Below, piece by piece: positions 44,057-53,511 of a stretch of 58,999 nucleotides of DNA (position 1 is the first letter of the stretch; each line of letters begins with the position of its first letter). The stretch lies in assembly GCA_024280415.1 (NCBI GenBank), contig JAJRQE010000071.1, forward strand, positions 1 through 58,999, written 5' to 3'. Both the position numbers and the translations under genes were made by a program. The notes under the pieces were generated by a model. The model was given only the letters and a program-made list of their open reading frames with translations, made no database searches and was not told the DNA's origin. The stretch comes from Spirochaetota bacterium. Lineage in GTDB: Bacteria; Spirochaetota; Spirochaetia; B11-G9.

Positions 44057-46826
44057 GCCTCATTGCCACCATTTTGGAAACTCCCGACTCTTCCATAGTA
44101 ACCCCGAGCATTGTCTGAGCACCGGTAACAGTTTTTTTGTTATGGGTAATTACAATAAACTGAGATCTCTCCCCAAACTCCATGAGTAAATTTACAAAAC
44201 GACTAACATTTGCCTCGTCAAGAGCCGCATCTATCTCATCCAGAATACAAAAGGGAGATGGTTTTACAAGGTAAGTGGCAAAAAGCAAGCCGACAGCAGT
44301 AAGAGACCGCTCCCCGCCAGACAAAAGAGCAATATTTTCCAGCTTTTTACCGGGAGGCTGGGCAAAAATATCAATACCTGACGATAATACATTATCCGGA
44401 TCAGTTAACCTGAGTTCACCCCGGCCTCCTCCAAAAAGACGCCGGAACATTACATGGAAGTTTTTCTTAATCTTATCGTATGTTTCCAGAAACAACTCAG
44501 ACGATTCAATTTTTATCTGTTTTGTTATAGCAGTCAGATCCTCCCTGGCCTTATAGAGATCATCCAGCTGACCTGTAAGAAAATCATAACGTTCTTTGAC
44601 CTCAATAAACTCCTCAGGAGCCATCAGGTTCACATGCCCCAGATTTTTCAACTGGAGCTTAACCGTTCCAAGCTTCTCCTTTAGAGTTTTAGAACTTTCC
44701 TTTATCTCAAAAACCCTGCTGTCATACTCGGAAAGGTCTCTGGAATGGATCTCCTTAAAGTTCGAATAGATATTTCGAACCTCTGTAGTAACCCCTGCAA
44801 GATCAATCTGCAATTGCTCAACCTGTCCCTGTATCTTACCAAGAATTTCCATCTGTTTTTTAAGAGAGCTCTCCTTGGATATAAGATCCCTGTTTTTACT
44901 TGTAATACCGTTTTCCAGTTTGGCAAGATCTTTCTGAAGAATTTTCTCCTCTTTTTCCAGTTCCTTTTTCTCAACTTCCAGTTTTTTTATACTCCCTTCA
45001 GTTGTTTGTATCCGAATCAGGTTCTCTTCAATTCCCTTTGCAGAAGCCTTTAACTGTACCTGCTGTTCTCCAAGTTCGTTGTTAAGAGACCTTATAAGAT
45101 CAGATATACCAGTTTTCTGGGTATTTACCCGTGCCTGATTAACCCTAAGATCTGAAAGTGTTTTCCGGTATTCCTCTATTTTTAAAATCAGATTCTTATT
45201 TTCTTCCCTTAATGCAGAGGATCGATTCCTGCACTCTAAAATTGATTTCCTAATAGACTCCTGATTCTCCTCAATGACCCTTTTTTTAGTAATTATTCCC
45301 TCGGGAGCAAGGAATTCATCCAAAAATGAGGGTATCGTCTTCCTGTATCCTATAATAAGTTCTTCAAGATTCTTTACCCCAAGGGAGGAATCTTTTAAAG
45401 TTGCAATAACTGTTTCAAATATATCCCGAACCTCTTTCTCACCTGAGAAACTTAAAGAAAGGGCATCTTCCATGAGCGATATTTTCCCGCTGATTTTAAT
45501 GCCCAGAGCCTCTATTGCAGTATCAATTTCGGCTTCGGTCTCCTTCCTGAGCTCATAGGAATATCCTGTATCTTTCAGACTGGCATCCAGTTGACGCACA
45601 ATATCATCTGTTAGAGCCCTGAGCTCTTTCTGAAGAATAAGATCTTCATCTCCGAATTTTAAAACTTCTTTCTCAAGAACAACAACTTCTGCTTCATTTT
45701 CCCTGATTCTTATATCTGCAGTTTCAATATTTTTTTGAAAAGCAGTAATATTCTTTTCGAGCTCTTCCAGTCTTGTATCGAATTCCTTAAGATTCTGTTC
45801 TTTCTCTATTATAAGCTTTTCATGCTGTTTTATTTTTGACTTAATGGAATTTTCTCTTGTACGTTCAGTTTCGATCTGTCTTTTCAGTTCTTCTACCCGT
45901 TCCGAAAGAATATCAATCTGACTGGATCTGTTGTTCTTCTCTATATCAATACCATAGAGTTTTTTCTGATTCTCTATCAATTTTGATTCCATATTATTTA
46001 CAAGATCCAGATTGACTTCCAGGGAATCATTTATGGTATCAATCTTTTTCTTCAACTGATCCCTCTGTTCCGATTTATCTTTAAGTTTCGTCTCTTTAAC
46101 GTTCTGAACTTCCAGAAAATCCTTTAACTTTAACAGATGGATATCCAGCTCAAGATTAAAGATCTCTTCTCTAAATTTTCGAAAATCTGCAGTTTTTTCC
46201 GACTGCTTTTTAAGGTTGTCATAGGATCGTTTTACTTCTCCAAGGATACCCTCTACCTGACGCATATTGTCTTCTGTCTTTCTGAGTTTACGATCTGCCT
46301 CTGCACCTTTCTGTTTGAATTTTGTTATCCCGGCAGCTTCTTCAAACAGAAATCTCCTTTCCTCGGGTTTATTGGAAAGAATTTCATCAATCTTCCCCTG
46401 TTCCATAATAGAATATGATGTCTTGCCTATTCCTGTGTCAAAAAAGAGTTCCCGAATCTCTTTTAATTTAGCAGGAGTATTATTAATAAAATATTCACTC
46501 TCTCCTGAACGGTGCAGGCGCCTTTTAATAGAAATCTCTGATATATCAATTGGAAGCACTCCCTCGTCATTTGAAAGTGTCAGAGTAACTTCTGCAACAT
46601 TAAGAGCTTTTCTGCTTTCGGTTCCATTAAAAATTATATCTTCCATTTTGTCGGCTCTGAGCATCTTTGTAGCCTGCTCTCCTAGAACCCATTTTATACT
46701 GTCGACTACATTACTCTTTCCACAGCCGTTTGGACCCAGGAGGGCACTTATACCCTCGGTAAACTCAATCTTACTCCGGTCTGCAAAGGATTTAAAACCA
46801 AAGATCTCTACACTTTTAAGAAACAC
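44022..46826 (-). CDS. smc: Chromosome partition protein Smc
   Basis: FLKSVEIFGFKSF...GPNGCGKSN Walker A, long coiled coils, LSGGERSLTAV signature, ILDEIDAALD Walker B. GTG start with GGAG SD. Confidence 0.95.
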   Translation of the reverse strand: MFLKSVEIFGFKSFADRSKIEFTEGISALLGPNGCGKSNVVDSIKWVLGEQATKMLRADKMEDIIFNGTESRKALNVAEVTLTLSNDEGVLPIDISEISIKRRLHRSGESEYFINNTPAKLKEIRELFFDTGIGKTSYSIMEQGKIDEILSNKPEERRFLFEEAAGITKFKQKGAEADRKLRKTEDNMRQVEGILGEVKRSYDNLKKQSEKTADFRKFREEIFNLELDIHLLKLKDFLEVQNVKETKLKDKSEQRDQLKKKIDTINDSLEVNLDLVNNMESKLIENQKKLYGIDIEKNNRSSQIDILSERVEELKRQIETERTRENSIKSKIKQHEKLIIEKEQNLKEFDTRLEELEKNITAFQKNIETADIRIRENEAEVVVLEKEVLKFGDEDLILQKELRALTDDIVRQLDASLKDTGYSYELRKETEAEIDTAIEALGIKISGKISLMEDALSLSFSGEKEVRDIFETVIATLKDSSLGVKNLEELIIGYRKTIPSFLDEFLAPEGIITKKRVIEENQESIRKSILECRNRSSALREENKNLILKIEEYRKTLSDLRVNQARVNTQKTGISDLIRSLNNELGEQQVQLKASAKGIEENLIRIQTTEGSIKKLEVEKKELEKEEKILQKDLAKLENGITSKNRDLISKESSLKKQMEILGKIQGQVEQLQIDLAGVTTEVRNIYSNFKEIHSRDLSEYDSRVFEIKESSKTLKEKLGTVKLQLKNLGHVNLMAPEEFIEVKERYDFLTGQLDDLYKAREDLTAITKQIKIESSELFLETYDKIKKNFHVMFRRLFGGGRGELRLTDPDNVLSSGIDIFAQPPGKKLENIALLSGGERSLTAVGLLFATYLVKPSPFCILDEIDAALDEANVSRFVNLLMEFGERSQFIVITHNKKTVTGAQTMLGVTMEESGVSKMVAMRLESDKKGDNSQ

Positions 46827-46851
46827 AGCGACTCCAAAATTATAAGTATTA

Positions 46852-46917
46852 ATTACAGGAACTATACCACAGCGAACGGTAATCAGTAAAGGTTGACAAT
46901 TATTACAGGAACTATAC
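46852..46917. repeat. Direct repeat ATTACAGGAACTATAC x2 (46852-46867, 46902-46917) in the smc/rnhB divergent region
   Basis: Exact 16-nt copies 50 nt apart. Each is preceded by CACAGCGA (46824-46831, 46868-46875), giving two tandem imperfect units of 44 and 50 nt. Confidence 0.85.
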
Positions 46918-46920
46918 TAT
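46893..46920 (+). promoter_or_regulatory. Sigma70-type promoter TTGACA-16-TACTAT ending 6 nt before ATG 46927
   Basis: TTGACA at 46893-46898, TACTAT at 46915-46920, then taagga ATG. Confidence 0.5.
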
Positions 46921-46926
46921 TAAGGA

Positions 46927-47481
46927 ATGAAACTTGTTTGCGGTATTGATGAGGCAGGAAGAGGACCAATTGCGGGTCCGGTTACGGCTGCAGCAGTCAT
47001 ACTTCCGGCTGATTTTCCATTTAGTATACTTGATGATTCTAAAGCACTCAGCGAAGTAAAACGTAATTCCGCAGCGGAAATAATTATGGGAGAAGCACTC
47101 ACCTTTGGAACAGGATGGGTATGGCCCTCTGAAATAGACAAAATAAATATTCACCATGCATCTCTTCTTGCAATGAAACGGGCATTTTCCATGCTGACTG
47201 TTGTACCGGAGATATCCATGATTGACGGAAAGTTTATTCCTGATATTTATGGAGATAAAACTGCAATTATAAAGGGAGATATGAAAATAAGAGAAATTCA
47301 GGCTGCCTCAATCCTTGCGAAAACAGCCAGGGACCGATGGATGATTAGGTACTCATGGATAGACCCCCGATACGGATTCGAAAAACACAAGGGCTATCCT
47401 ACAGTGGAACACAGAACAAAATGCAGAGAATTCGGCATATCCTATATTCATCGTAAAAGCTACAGAATTTTTAAAGACTAA
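46927..47481 (+). CDS. rnhB: Ribonuclease HII
   Basis: VCGIDEAGRGPIAGPV...DSK...ASILAK motifs. Confidence 0.9.
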   Translation: MKLVCGIDEAGRGPIAGPVTAAAVILPADFPFSILDDSKALSEVKRNSAAEIIMGEALTFGTGWVWPSEIDKINIHHASLLAMKRAFSMLTVVPEISMIDGKFIPDIYGDKTAIIKGDMKIREIQAASILAKTARDRWMIRYSWIDPRYGFEKHKGYPTVEHRTKCREFGISYIHRKSYRIFKD

Positions 47482-47498
47482 AAGCTATAAAATGCCTC

Positions 47499-47765
47499 TT
47501 AATCCCTTCTCATTTTTTTTCTGTTCCGCACAATAAAGTCTGAAGCCTTGTTAAAGGAATCTATAAATTCTTCAATATCCTCTTCAAAAACCATTACAGA
47601 GTGGCGTTCAAATCCCTCCTCTCCATGCTTCTTGCTTTCTACAATATTGAGGAATAGATCACCGTGTCTGTTCTCTTTGACATTAAAAAAATATGTTCTC
47701 TTTTCAGAGTTGGCTCTGGTAGAAAAAACTTCACCTCGAATTCCCATAGTTACATCCCGCTTCAA
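47499..47765 (-). CDS. PUR-domain nucleic-acid-binding protein (Bpur-like)
   Basis: [27 protein letters not shown] matches the PUR repeat core (kRfYfDlkeN.rGrFLkI.E). The likely start is internal, ATG 47747. Confidence 0.75.
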   Translation of the reverse strand: MKRDVTMGIRGEVFSTRANSEKRTYFFNVKENRHGDLFLNIVESKKHGEEGFERHSVMVFEEDIEEFIDSFNKASDFIVRNRKKMRRD

Positions 47766-47870
47766 AATAAATTTTCATGTGGATACTAATTGATACGTAA
47801 GTAAATTGCAATAAGTAAAGAGGCTCTAATCTTATTTTGTAAGTTGAAAGTGGCTTTTGGAAAATACCTA

Positions 47871-47899
47871 TTGACCTTCATAATATTTTTTAGTATATA
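47871..47899 (+). promoter_or_regulatory. Sigma70 promoter for tRNA-Gly, TTGACC-17-TATATA
   Basis: TTGACC at 47871-47876, TATATA at 47894-47899, about 40 nt upstream of the tRNA. Confidence 0.55.
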
Positions 47900-47941
47900 T
47901 ATGAAACCTAACCCCTAGGGCTCCGGCTCAAGTGGTAAATT

Positions 47942-48012
47942 GCGCCTGTGGTATAATGGTATTACCTCAGCCTTCCAAGCTGATGACGTCAGTTCGATTC
48001 TGATCGGGCGCT
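47942..48012 (+). tRNA. tRNA-Gly (anticodon UCC), no encoded CCA
   Basis: Folded manually. Acceptor GCGCCTG/CGGGCGC, anticodon stem TCAGC/GCTGA with loop CTTCCAA, T arm GTCAG-TTCGATT-CTGAT. Confidence 0.9.
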
Positions 48013-48021
48013 TAACTTCAA

Positions 48022-48050
48022 ACCGTTTGTAGTAATGCAGACGGTTTTTT
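48022..48050 (+). terminator. Rho-independent terminator after tRNA-Gly
   Basis: ACCGTTTG-tagtaatg-CAGACGGT followed by a T-run. Confidence 0.75.
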
Positions 48051-48134
48051 ATTTACTTCGACTCTATTTTCCTCTCTTCTGAGCCATGGACAGCGAAAAA
48101 CTAAAAAATATAATCAGTGAAAAAGTTTATAGAT

Positions 48135-50249
48135 TTAAGCTTTTTGCTTTTTTATTTTAACGCTTTTAACAGATTTCCCCTCAATATAACGATATATCTC
48201 TTCTGTACTGGTGGATCTCAAAATTTCCTCCAGTGATCTGTTTTCCGAAAAAATTCCAGTTAGCGCTGCAATCATCTGAAGATGAGGCCCTGTATCATTT
48301 CTAGGCGAAATAATGAGTATCAGAATCTTTACAGGTTTACCGTCCATGGCTTTAAAATCAATCCCTCTGGGAACAAGTGCAATTAATACAATCATTCTGT
48401 TTACAAATCTGCTTCTTGAATGAGGTATGGCGATTCCTTTTCCAAGGGCAGTTGTCATACTCTTTTCCCTGTCGATAACTTCCTGTAAAATAACATTGAA
48501 CTGTTCATAGGGAATTGCATTAACCTTGACCAGGTGTTCAACCAGTTCTCGTATTATATTTTCCTTGGATTCCTCTTTTAGATCCAGCAGCATCCTATCC
48601 CTTGAAAGATAATGGAGAACATTGAACCCAGATCCGGAATTTTCAGTCGAATCTGCCCCGGACTCCATTATTTTTTTAAGATTTTCAGAATTAACAGTCA
48701 GTTTAATCTCTTCAAGGGAGCTGTCCAGCTCAAGGAGAGCTTCATACAGGACTGTTTTAAAATACAAAATATCCTTTGGTTCAGAACTTACTGTAATTTT
48801 ATTATATTCAAGTGCTATCTGAAACAATATCCCGTGTCGTTGAAGAAGATATTTAAAAACACCTTCTGATCTTTTTTCTTTAATAAAGAAACCTTCATCA
48901 TCAAAAAGATCTCTTAATTTCTGCATTATAAGCCGCCCTAAACCATCACCTTTAAAAGTATAAGATATATTTCTTACTTCTCTGTCCTCAAACAGACCGG
49001 AATCTGGTTTTATTCCAAGTCTATTCATAAATCTTTTTATTGTTGTCCCCTGAATAAGAAGAGTAAACAGGATATAACTCAGGGTAAAATGAATAATCAA
49101 TGTTAAATGCGGAAAGGAATCAGGAATAGCAAGAACAAGAGCCACAGGAACGGCTCCCCTTAAACCACCCCAGAAAAGAATAGCCTTATATGAATTTGTA
49201 ATTCGTTTTTTTGAGTCTTTTCTTGTAAAGTAGTTATACATTGGAACCAGAATATATATTCCAATTACCCTGGCTGCAAGAACAACCGGAATAACATAGA
49301 GAAATTCTATAACTTCACTTTGAGATATATTTACTTTCATGATATTGAATTCTGTCAAACCCAAAAGGATAAAAATTATGCTGTTGGCTATAAAAGAGAA
49401 ATATTCCCAGAAATCTCCCATAGTTTCTATGTTTGATCTTTTAACAGTTTTCTCAATACTCGAGCTCATTATAATCCCGGCTGTCAATGTCGCCATTACA
49501 CCGGAAAAATCAAAAATAAAATTAGAAACAACAAAAGATACATAGGCTACAATAAGACTTATTGTTATCTGTAAGATCATATCATTTTTTTCCAGATTAT
49601 TAATAAACGAACCCACAACTCCAACAACCCCGCCTACAAGTACACCACCCAGAAGTACACTGATAAACTTCCATACAGCTAATAGAAGAGACACAGAAGC
49701 GCCTGAACTCCCTGCTGCAGACATAACAATTGAAAAAAGTACTATAGCAGTTGCATCATTAAACAGACTCTCACCATCAACAAGGGTAATCAGGCGTTTA
49801 GGGGCTCCTATCTCTTTAAAAAGAGCAATTACAGCAACTGGATCTGTTGCAGATATAAGAGCACCAAAAACAAGAGCTGCTATAAAAGGAAGAGAAGTCA
49901 GAAACGAGACTCCTAAACCAACAATTCCGGCAGAAATGAGAAGACCCGGAAGCGCAAGAAGAGTAATTGGAACCAGATTTTTATAGAGCATCTTAAAATC
50001 TATATTAATTGCTGCATCAAAAATTAATGCCGGAAGTATAATATAGAGAATAATATCCGGTGACAGAGTAATGTGTTGAAATATTTCGAAAATAGAAAAT
50101 TTATAGGAAAGAAATCCAAGAAAGGCTCCCACAAGTACAAGGCCAATAGTATAGGGAAAGTTCAGTTTCTTAAAAACTGTAGAAAAAAAGACTGAAATAC
50201 TTAGAAATGATACTATGACAAGTACACCCGTTATTATCTGGCCTTCCAT
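48135..50249 (-). CDS. CPA1 (NhaP-type) cation/proton antiporter fused to a C-terminal PTS EIIA (fructose/nitrogen type) domain
   Basis: About 400 aa of polytopic Na_H_exchanger-like sequence (ATDPVAV, GESLFNDATAIV). The C-terminal 150 aa contains ALGKGIAIPHSR and ILILIISP, as in EIIA-Ntr/Fru. Confidence 0.8.
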   Translation of the reverse strand: MEGQIITGVLVIVSFLSISVFFSTVFKKLNFPYTIGLVLVGAFLGFLSYKFSIFEIFQHITLSPDIILYIILPALIFDAAINIDFKMLYKNLVPITLLALPGLLISAGIVGLGVSFLTSLPFIAALVFGALISATDPVAVIALFKEIGAPKRLITLVDGESLFNDATAIVLFSIVMSAAGSSGASVSLLLAVWKFISVLLGGVLVGGVVGVVGSFINNLEKNDMILQITISLIVAYVSFVVSNFIFDFSGVMATLTAGIIMSSSIEKTVKRSNIETMGDFWEYFSFIANSIIFILLGLTEFNIMKVNISQSEVIEFLYVIPVVLAARVIGIYILVPMYNYFTRKDSKKRITNSYKAILFWGGLRGAVPVALVLAIPDSFPHLTLIIHFTLSYILFTLLIQGTTIKRFMNRLGIKPDSGLFEDREVRNISYTFKGDGLGRLIMQKLRDLFDDEGFFIKEKRSEGVFKYLLQRHGILFQIALEYNKITVSSEPKDILYFKTVLYEALLELDSSLEEIKLTVNSENLKKIMESGADSTENSGSGFNVLHYLSRDRMLLDLKEESKENIIRELVEHLVKVNAIPYEQFNVILQEVIDREKSMTTALGKGIAIPHSRSRFVNRMIVLIALVPRGIDFKAMDGKPVKILILIISPRNDTGPHLQMIAALTGIFSENRSLEEILRSTSTEEIYRYIEGKSVKSVKIKKQKA

Positions 50250-50407
50250 GGTAGTGCTCCTTAAACTTTAAATACTCTGAAACAGTTTCTAAGTTAATAT
50301 GAAAATTTTAAAGGAAAATTCAACAAATCTCAAGCCGCCATTCTGGTGATGACTGTAGATATTTGCCGGTAAATCGGAATTGATAGTCTATACAAAAAAT
50401 CGACTCT

Positions 50408-51613
50408 TTATAAAACAACTTCCCACTCACAAAGATCAAAAAAAAGTTTAGTCGGTTCCACAGAAGGTACTGTAATGCCATCACCCGTCGTACCAGCTTT
50501 AGGAAGTACAGAATTGACAAACCCCAAAAGCCTGCAGTAACCATTTAAAAAATAATCATCAAAAATATCAATTGCATTTCTATTATCGATATCAACTTCT
50601 TCAAGTTCATCAAGAATATGATAAACAGAATCAACTGTTTTTAGAATAACTTCCGGGGTTAAATAGTGCTCATGGCGGCTTAGACCCTCTATTACAAGAA
50701 GGGAGAGTCCTGCAATATCCTGTAAGTCCTCGATTTTCTCGTCCAGGCCTGAATCAAAAAACCAATTAATACCCTCTGTAAGATATTTTAAAAACTGAAA
50801 GTAATTAGCCCGTGTCCCTCTGCTTTCACGAAACTTAACTCCCTTGTCTGTTATCGTAAAAACAGAATTCCGATAAATAATGTATCCTTTATCCTGGAGC
50901 ATATTATTCACTAATTTATACCAAAATCCAATATTTGTTTTCCCCTGGGAATCTTTTGTAAAAATATTCAGGTCTGTTTCCTCTGCAATAATTTTGAAAA
51001 AATTATTGGGATTATTTTCATTTACAGGAACCACACCGTTGTTGCGCCCAAGATAGTCCAGGAAAGCAAGAGACATCTGGAATACTGGTGTTTTTCTAAG
51101 ATCCGTTAATCGTACTTTTTTATTAATTGCTACAACATTTTTTGCCTTTAAAGGCCCTTCTAAAATAAGCTCCTGTAACAGTTCCTCAATTGGAACATGT
51201 GAAGATTCCTCCAGAGAAGAGTTGTAGTTACCGATCAACCCCGAAAGGATCGCATCAGCTTCCTCTATACTATTAGCTCCGGAAATTTGATTTTGAATAT
51301 CAAGATCTGTAAAAACAGAATTTTCAGAACTGACTCCAAAGGAATATTCCTTAAAAGATGGAATTCGATCTCCATCCTTTACAATATTTTCACAGTAATA
51401 TGAATATTTGGCAAAAGCAGCATTATAGGATTCTATAGAATCAACCCCCATTAGCTGATTCACTGGAGGCATACCGGATAATTTAACAGATTTATTTCCC
51501 GGGGGTTCTGGAGAGTTTCCCGGAAAAGGTATAATTTTAGGGTTGGTGAGACAGCATTGTTTGTATTTTTTCCCGCTGCCGCATGGACACGGATCATTTC
51601 GTCCTGTTTTCAT
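50408..51613 (-). CDS. Protein with N-terminal SEC-C metal-binding motif, otherwise unknown
   Basis: GRNDPCPCGSGKKYKQCC at residues 4-21. 401 aa. Confidence 0.7.
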   Translation of the reverse strand: MKTGRNDPCPCGSGKKYKQCCLTNPKIIPFPGNSPEPPGNKSVKLSGMPPVNQLMGVDSIESYNAAFAKYSYYCENIVKDGDRIPSFKEYSFGVSSENSVFTDLDIQNQISGANSIEEADAILSGLIGNYNSSLEESSHVPIEELLQELILEGPLKAKNVVAINKKVRLTDLRKTPVFQMSLAFLDYLGRNNGVVPVNENNPNNFFKIIAEETDLNIFTKDSQGKTNIGFWYKLVNNMLQDKGYIIYRNSVFTITDKGVKFRESRGTRANYFQFLKYLTEGINWFFDSGLDEKIEDLQDIAGLSLLVIEGLSRHEHYLTPEVILKTVDSVYHILDELEEVDIDNRNAIDIFDDYFLNGYCRLLGFVNSVLPKAGTTGDGITVPSVEPTKLFFDLCEWEVVL

Positions 51614-51749
51614 ACTATTGTTTTACATAATTTTTTAATATTTAGAAAGTATTTTAATGTTTTTTTGTTGCTTTTTTTCAATGACAAAAGAGGGTGCCAG
51701 CTTTAACTTTGGTAAATTGAAAGAAGATCAGTTTGCAGTTCAAAAAAGA

Positions 51750-53264
51750 TTAGTTAATAATATTTCCTACCTTCGTCGACTGCTCAAAAAACCTCTCCAC
51801 CATGGATTTGTCCAGGGTCTTGTCCTGTAGAAGTTTATATTCCAAATTAGCTGCAACGGATCTCTCCATAGTACTTTTTTTTATATAGTTGGATGTTCTT
51901 GCCAGGCGGAAGGCTGTTATAAGCTCTTTTGTACTAAGACTTTCATTCCAGGGAGCCGCAGAAGACCCGCAACAAAGGTTTGAAGGAATATTTTTAAAAA
52001 GCTCTCTATCCTGCCAGTCAGATAATCCTGGTACAGGATAGTAGAGGGAAATTCCTATGATTGTACTCTGACCATGAAGATAAGTTATTGTATCTACAAC
52101 TTTTTCCGGAGTATCACCTTTAAGACCACAGATAAAATAGGTTATAACCGGAATATTAAGGTCTTTACTATAGCTTATAATTGTTTCCAGTTTTTCCAGA
52201 CTGCCTGTTCTCCTCTCCAGTTCAAGCTGTTCTGGATCCATTACTCCCAGAGAGATATTAAGCTGGCTAAGGCTTAAATCCTTAAGCTGTTTTAGATAAT
52301 CTTTCTTTAGAAGCATATAGTCGATACCGTTTTCTACAGTAAAAGTAAAAACAATTTTATTCCTGCTGCATTTTTCTTTTAAACATAACAATAGATCCAA
52401 AAAATATTGTTTATAAAAAAGAATATTATCATCTTCAAAATTTACATGAAGCTTAATATTAGAATAATCCTGACTACGGGATTTCTCCAGAACTTCTGCA
52501 ATAAGATCATCTATTCCTTCCAAAACCTGCTTCAGGTCAATTTTTCTTAGAGAATTGCCAAAAATCAGATGATTGGAACAGAAACTGCACATCTTGGGAC
52601 ATCCTCTGGTTAACATTGTTGTTGCGTTAAAACCTCTTTTCCGTGAATTGGTCAGATTCCACACAAAAGGGAAATTATCAGGAGGTTCCGGAATTATAAT
52701 TCTGCCCCTTTCTACACTTTCCGGTAAGGTCAAATAACGCTCTATTTCCTCTATGGAGTTTTCCCCTTCTCCACTTACAACAAGGTCTGCAGCCCTGCTG
52801 AAGTATTCCGGCATAACCGTTACACCTGGGCCTCCTGTAATAAGTAATACCTTTTTAAAAATATTGGAGTTTTTTATAGATTTTAGTAAATTAAGGGTAA
52901 TCTCTGCATAACTCCAGGCAAAACATGAAACTGCTACTGCATCAGGTTTTAATTCCCATATTCTCCTTATGCAGGCATCCATTGATGGTCCAAAACGGTA
53001 GTAATTACGAAAATAAGTGGTATCTGAGATCTCTTTGGTTTGTTTTTTTATCTTATTACTACACATATAGGGACGAAGATATTCCAGATTAGCTGGTAAT
53101 GGTATCTTCTTACCCTTTCGCCCCTCTGTGGGGAAATTAACGATATGACACTGATGCCCCCTTTTCTCCCATAGGGCTGCCAGAGAGCGCAGACCAAGCA
53201 CAGAGCTCCTGTGTGGGGTAAAGTAGAAGTCTTCCACAGAGGGCTGCACAAGAACAATCTTCAT
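51750..53264 (-). CDS. B12-binding-domain radical SAM enzyme
   Basis: Rossmann-like N-terminus (VAVSCFAW..ITGGPG) plus the LTRGCPKMCSFCS CxxxCxxC cluster. 504 aa. Confidence 0.8.
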   Translation of the reverse strand: MKIVLVQPSVEDFYFTPHRSSVLGLRSLAALWEKRGHQCHIVNFPTEGRKGKKIPLPANLEYLRPYMCSNKIKKQTKEISDTTYFRNYYRFGPSMDACIRRIWELKPDAVAVSCFAWSYAEITLNLLKSIKNSNIFKKVLLITGGPGVTVMPEYFSRAADLVVSGEGENSIEEIERYLTLPESVERGRIIIPEPPDNFPFVWNLTNSRKRGFNATTMLTRGCPKMCSFCSNHLIFGNSLRKIDLKQVLEGIDDLIAEVLEKSRSQDYSNIKLHVNFEDDNILFYKQYFLDLLLCLKEKCSRNKIVFTFTVENGIDYMLLKKDYLKQLKDLSLSQLNISLGVMDPEQLELERRTGSLEKLETIISYSKDLNIPVITYFICGLKGDTPEKVVDTITYLHGQSTIIGISLYYPVPGLSDWQDRELFKNIPSNLCCGSSAAPWNESLSTKELITAFRLARTSNYIKKSTMERSVAANLEYKLLQDKTLDKSMVERFFEQSTKVGNIIN

Positions 53265-53455
53265 TTAATTAATTTTTCCATTAGTCATTCTTAAATATTG
53301 CTGAATGAATTACCAGAACTTTTTCCATAATATATTTTGGTATGGATTCCAGGGAGTCAGCCTGATTGACCATTAGATCATTAAAGAGACAAAGAGTGGT
53401 TAATTTAATAGTTTTATAACAGCAACAGCTAATACCGGAAACATACTGAAAGACA

Positions 53456-53481
53456 AGAAAAAGGGCAGGAAAAACCTGCCC
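53456..53481 (-). terminator. Rho-independent terminator of ppdK
   Basis: Minus strand: GGGCAGG-ttttt-CCTGCCC followed by TTTTT. Confidence 0.85.
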
Positions 53482-53511
53482 TCTGTAAATTATAGTTTAA
53501 ACTGTTATCAG

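Noticed and set aside
47942-53500. Genomic island integrated at tRNA-Gly
   Set aside because: There is no integrase or recombinase, and I could not find a repeat of the tRNA 3' end downstream. The genes look chromosomal in composition by eye.
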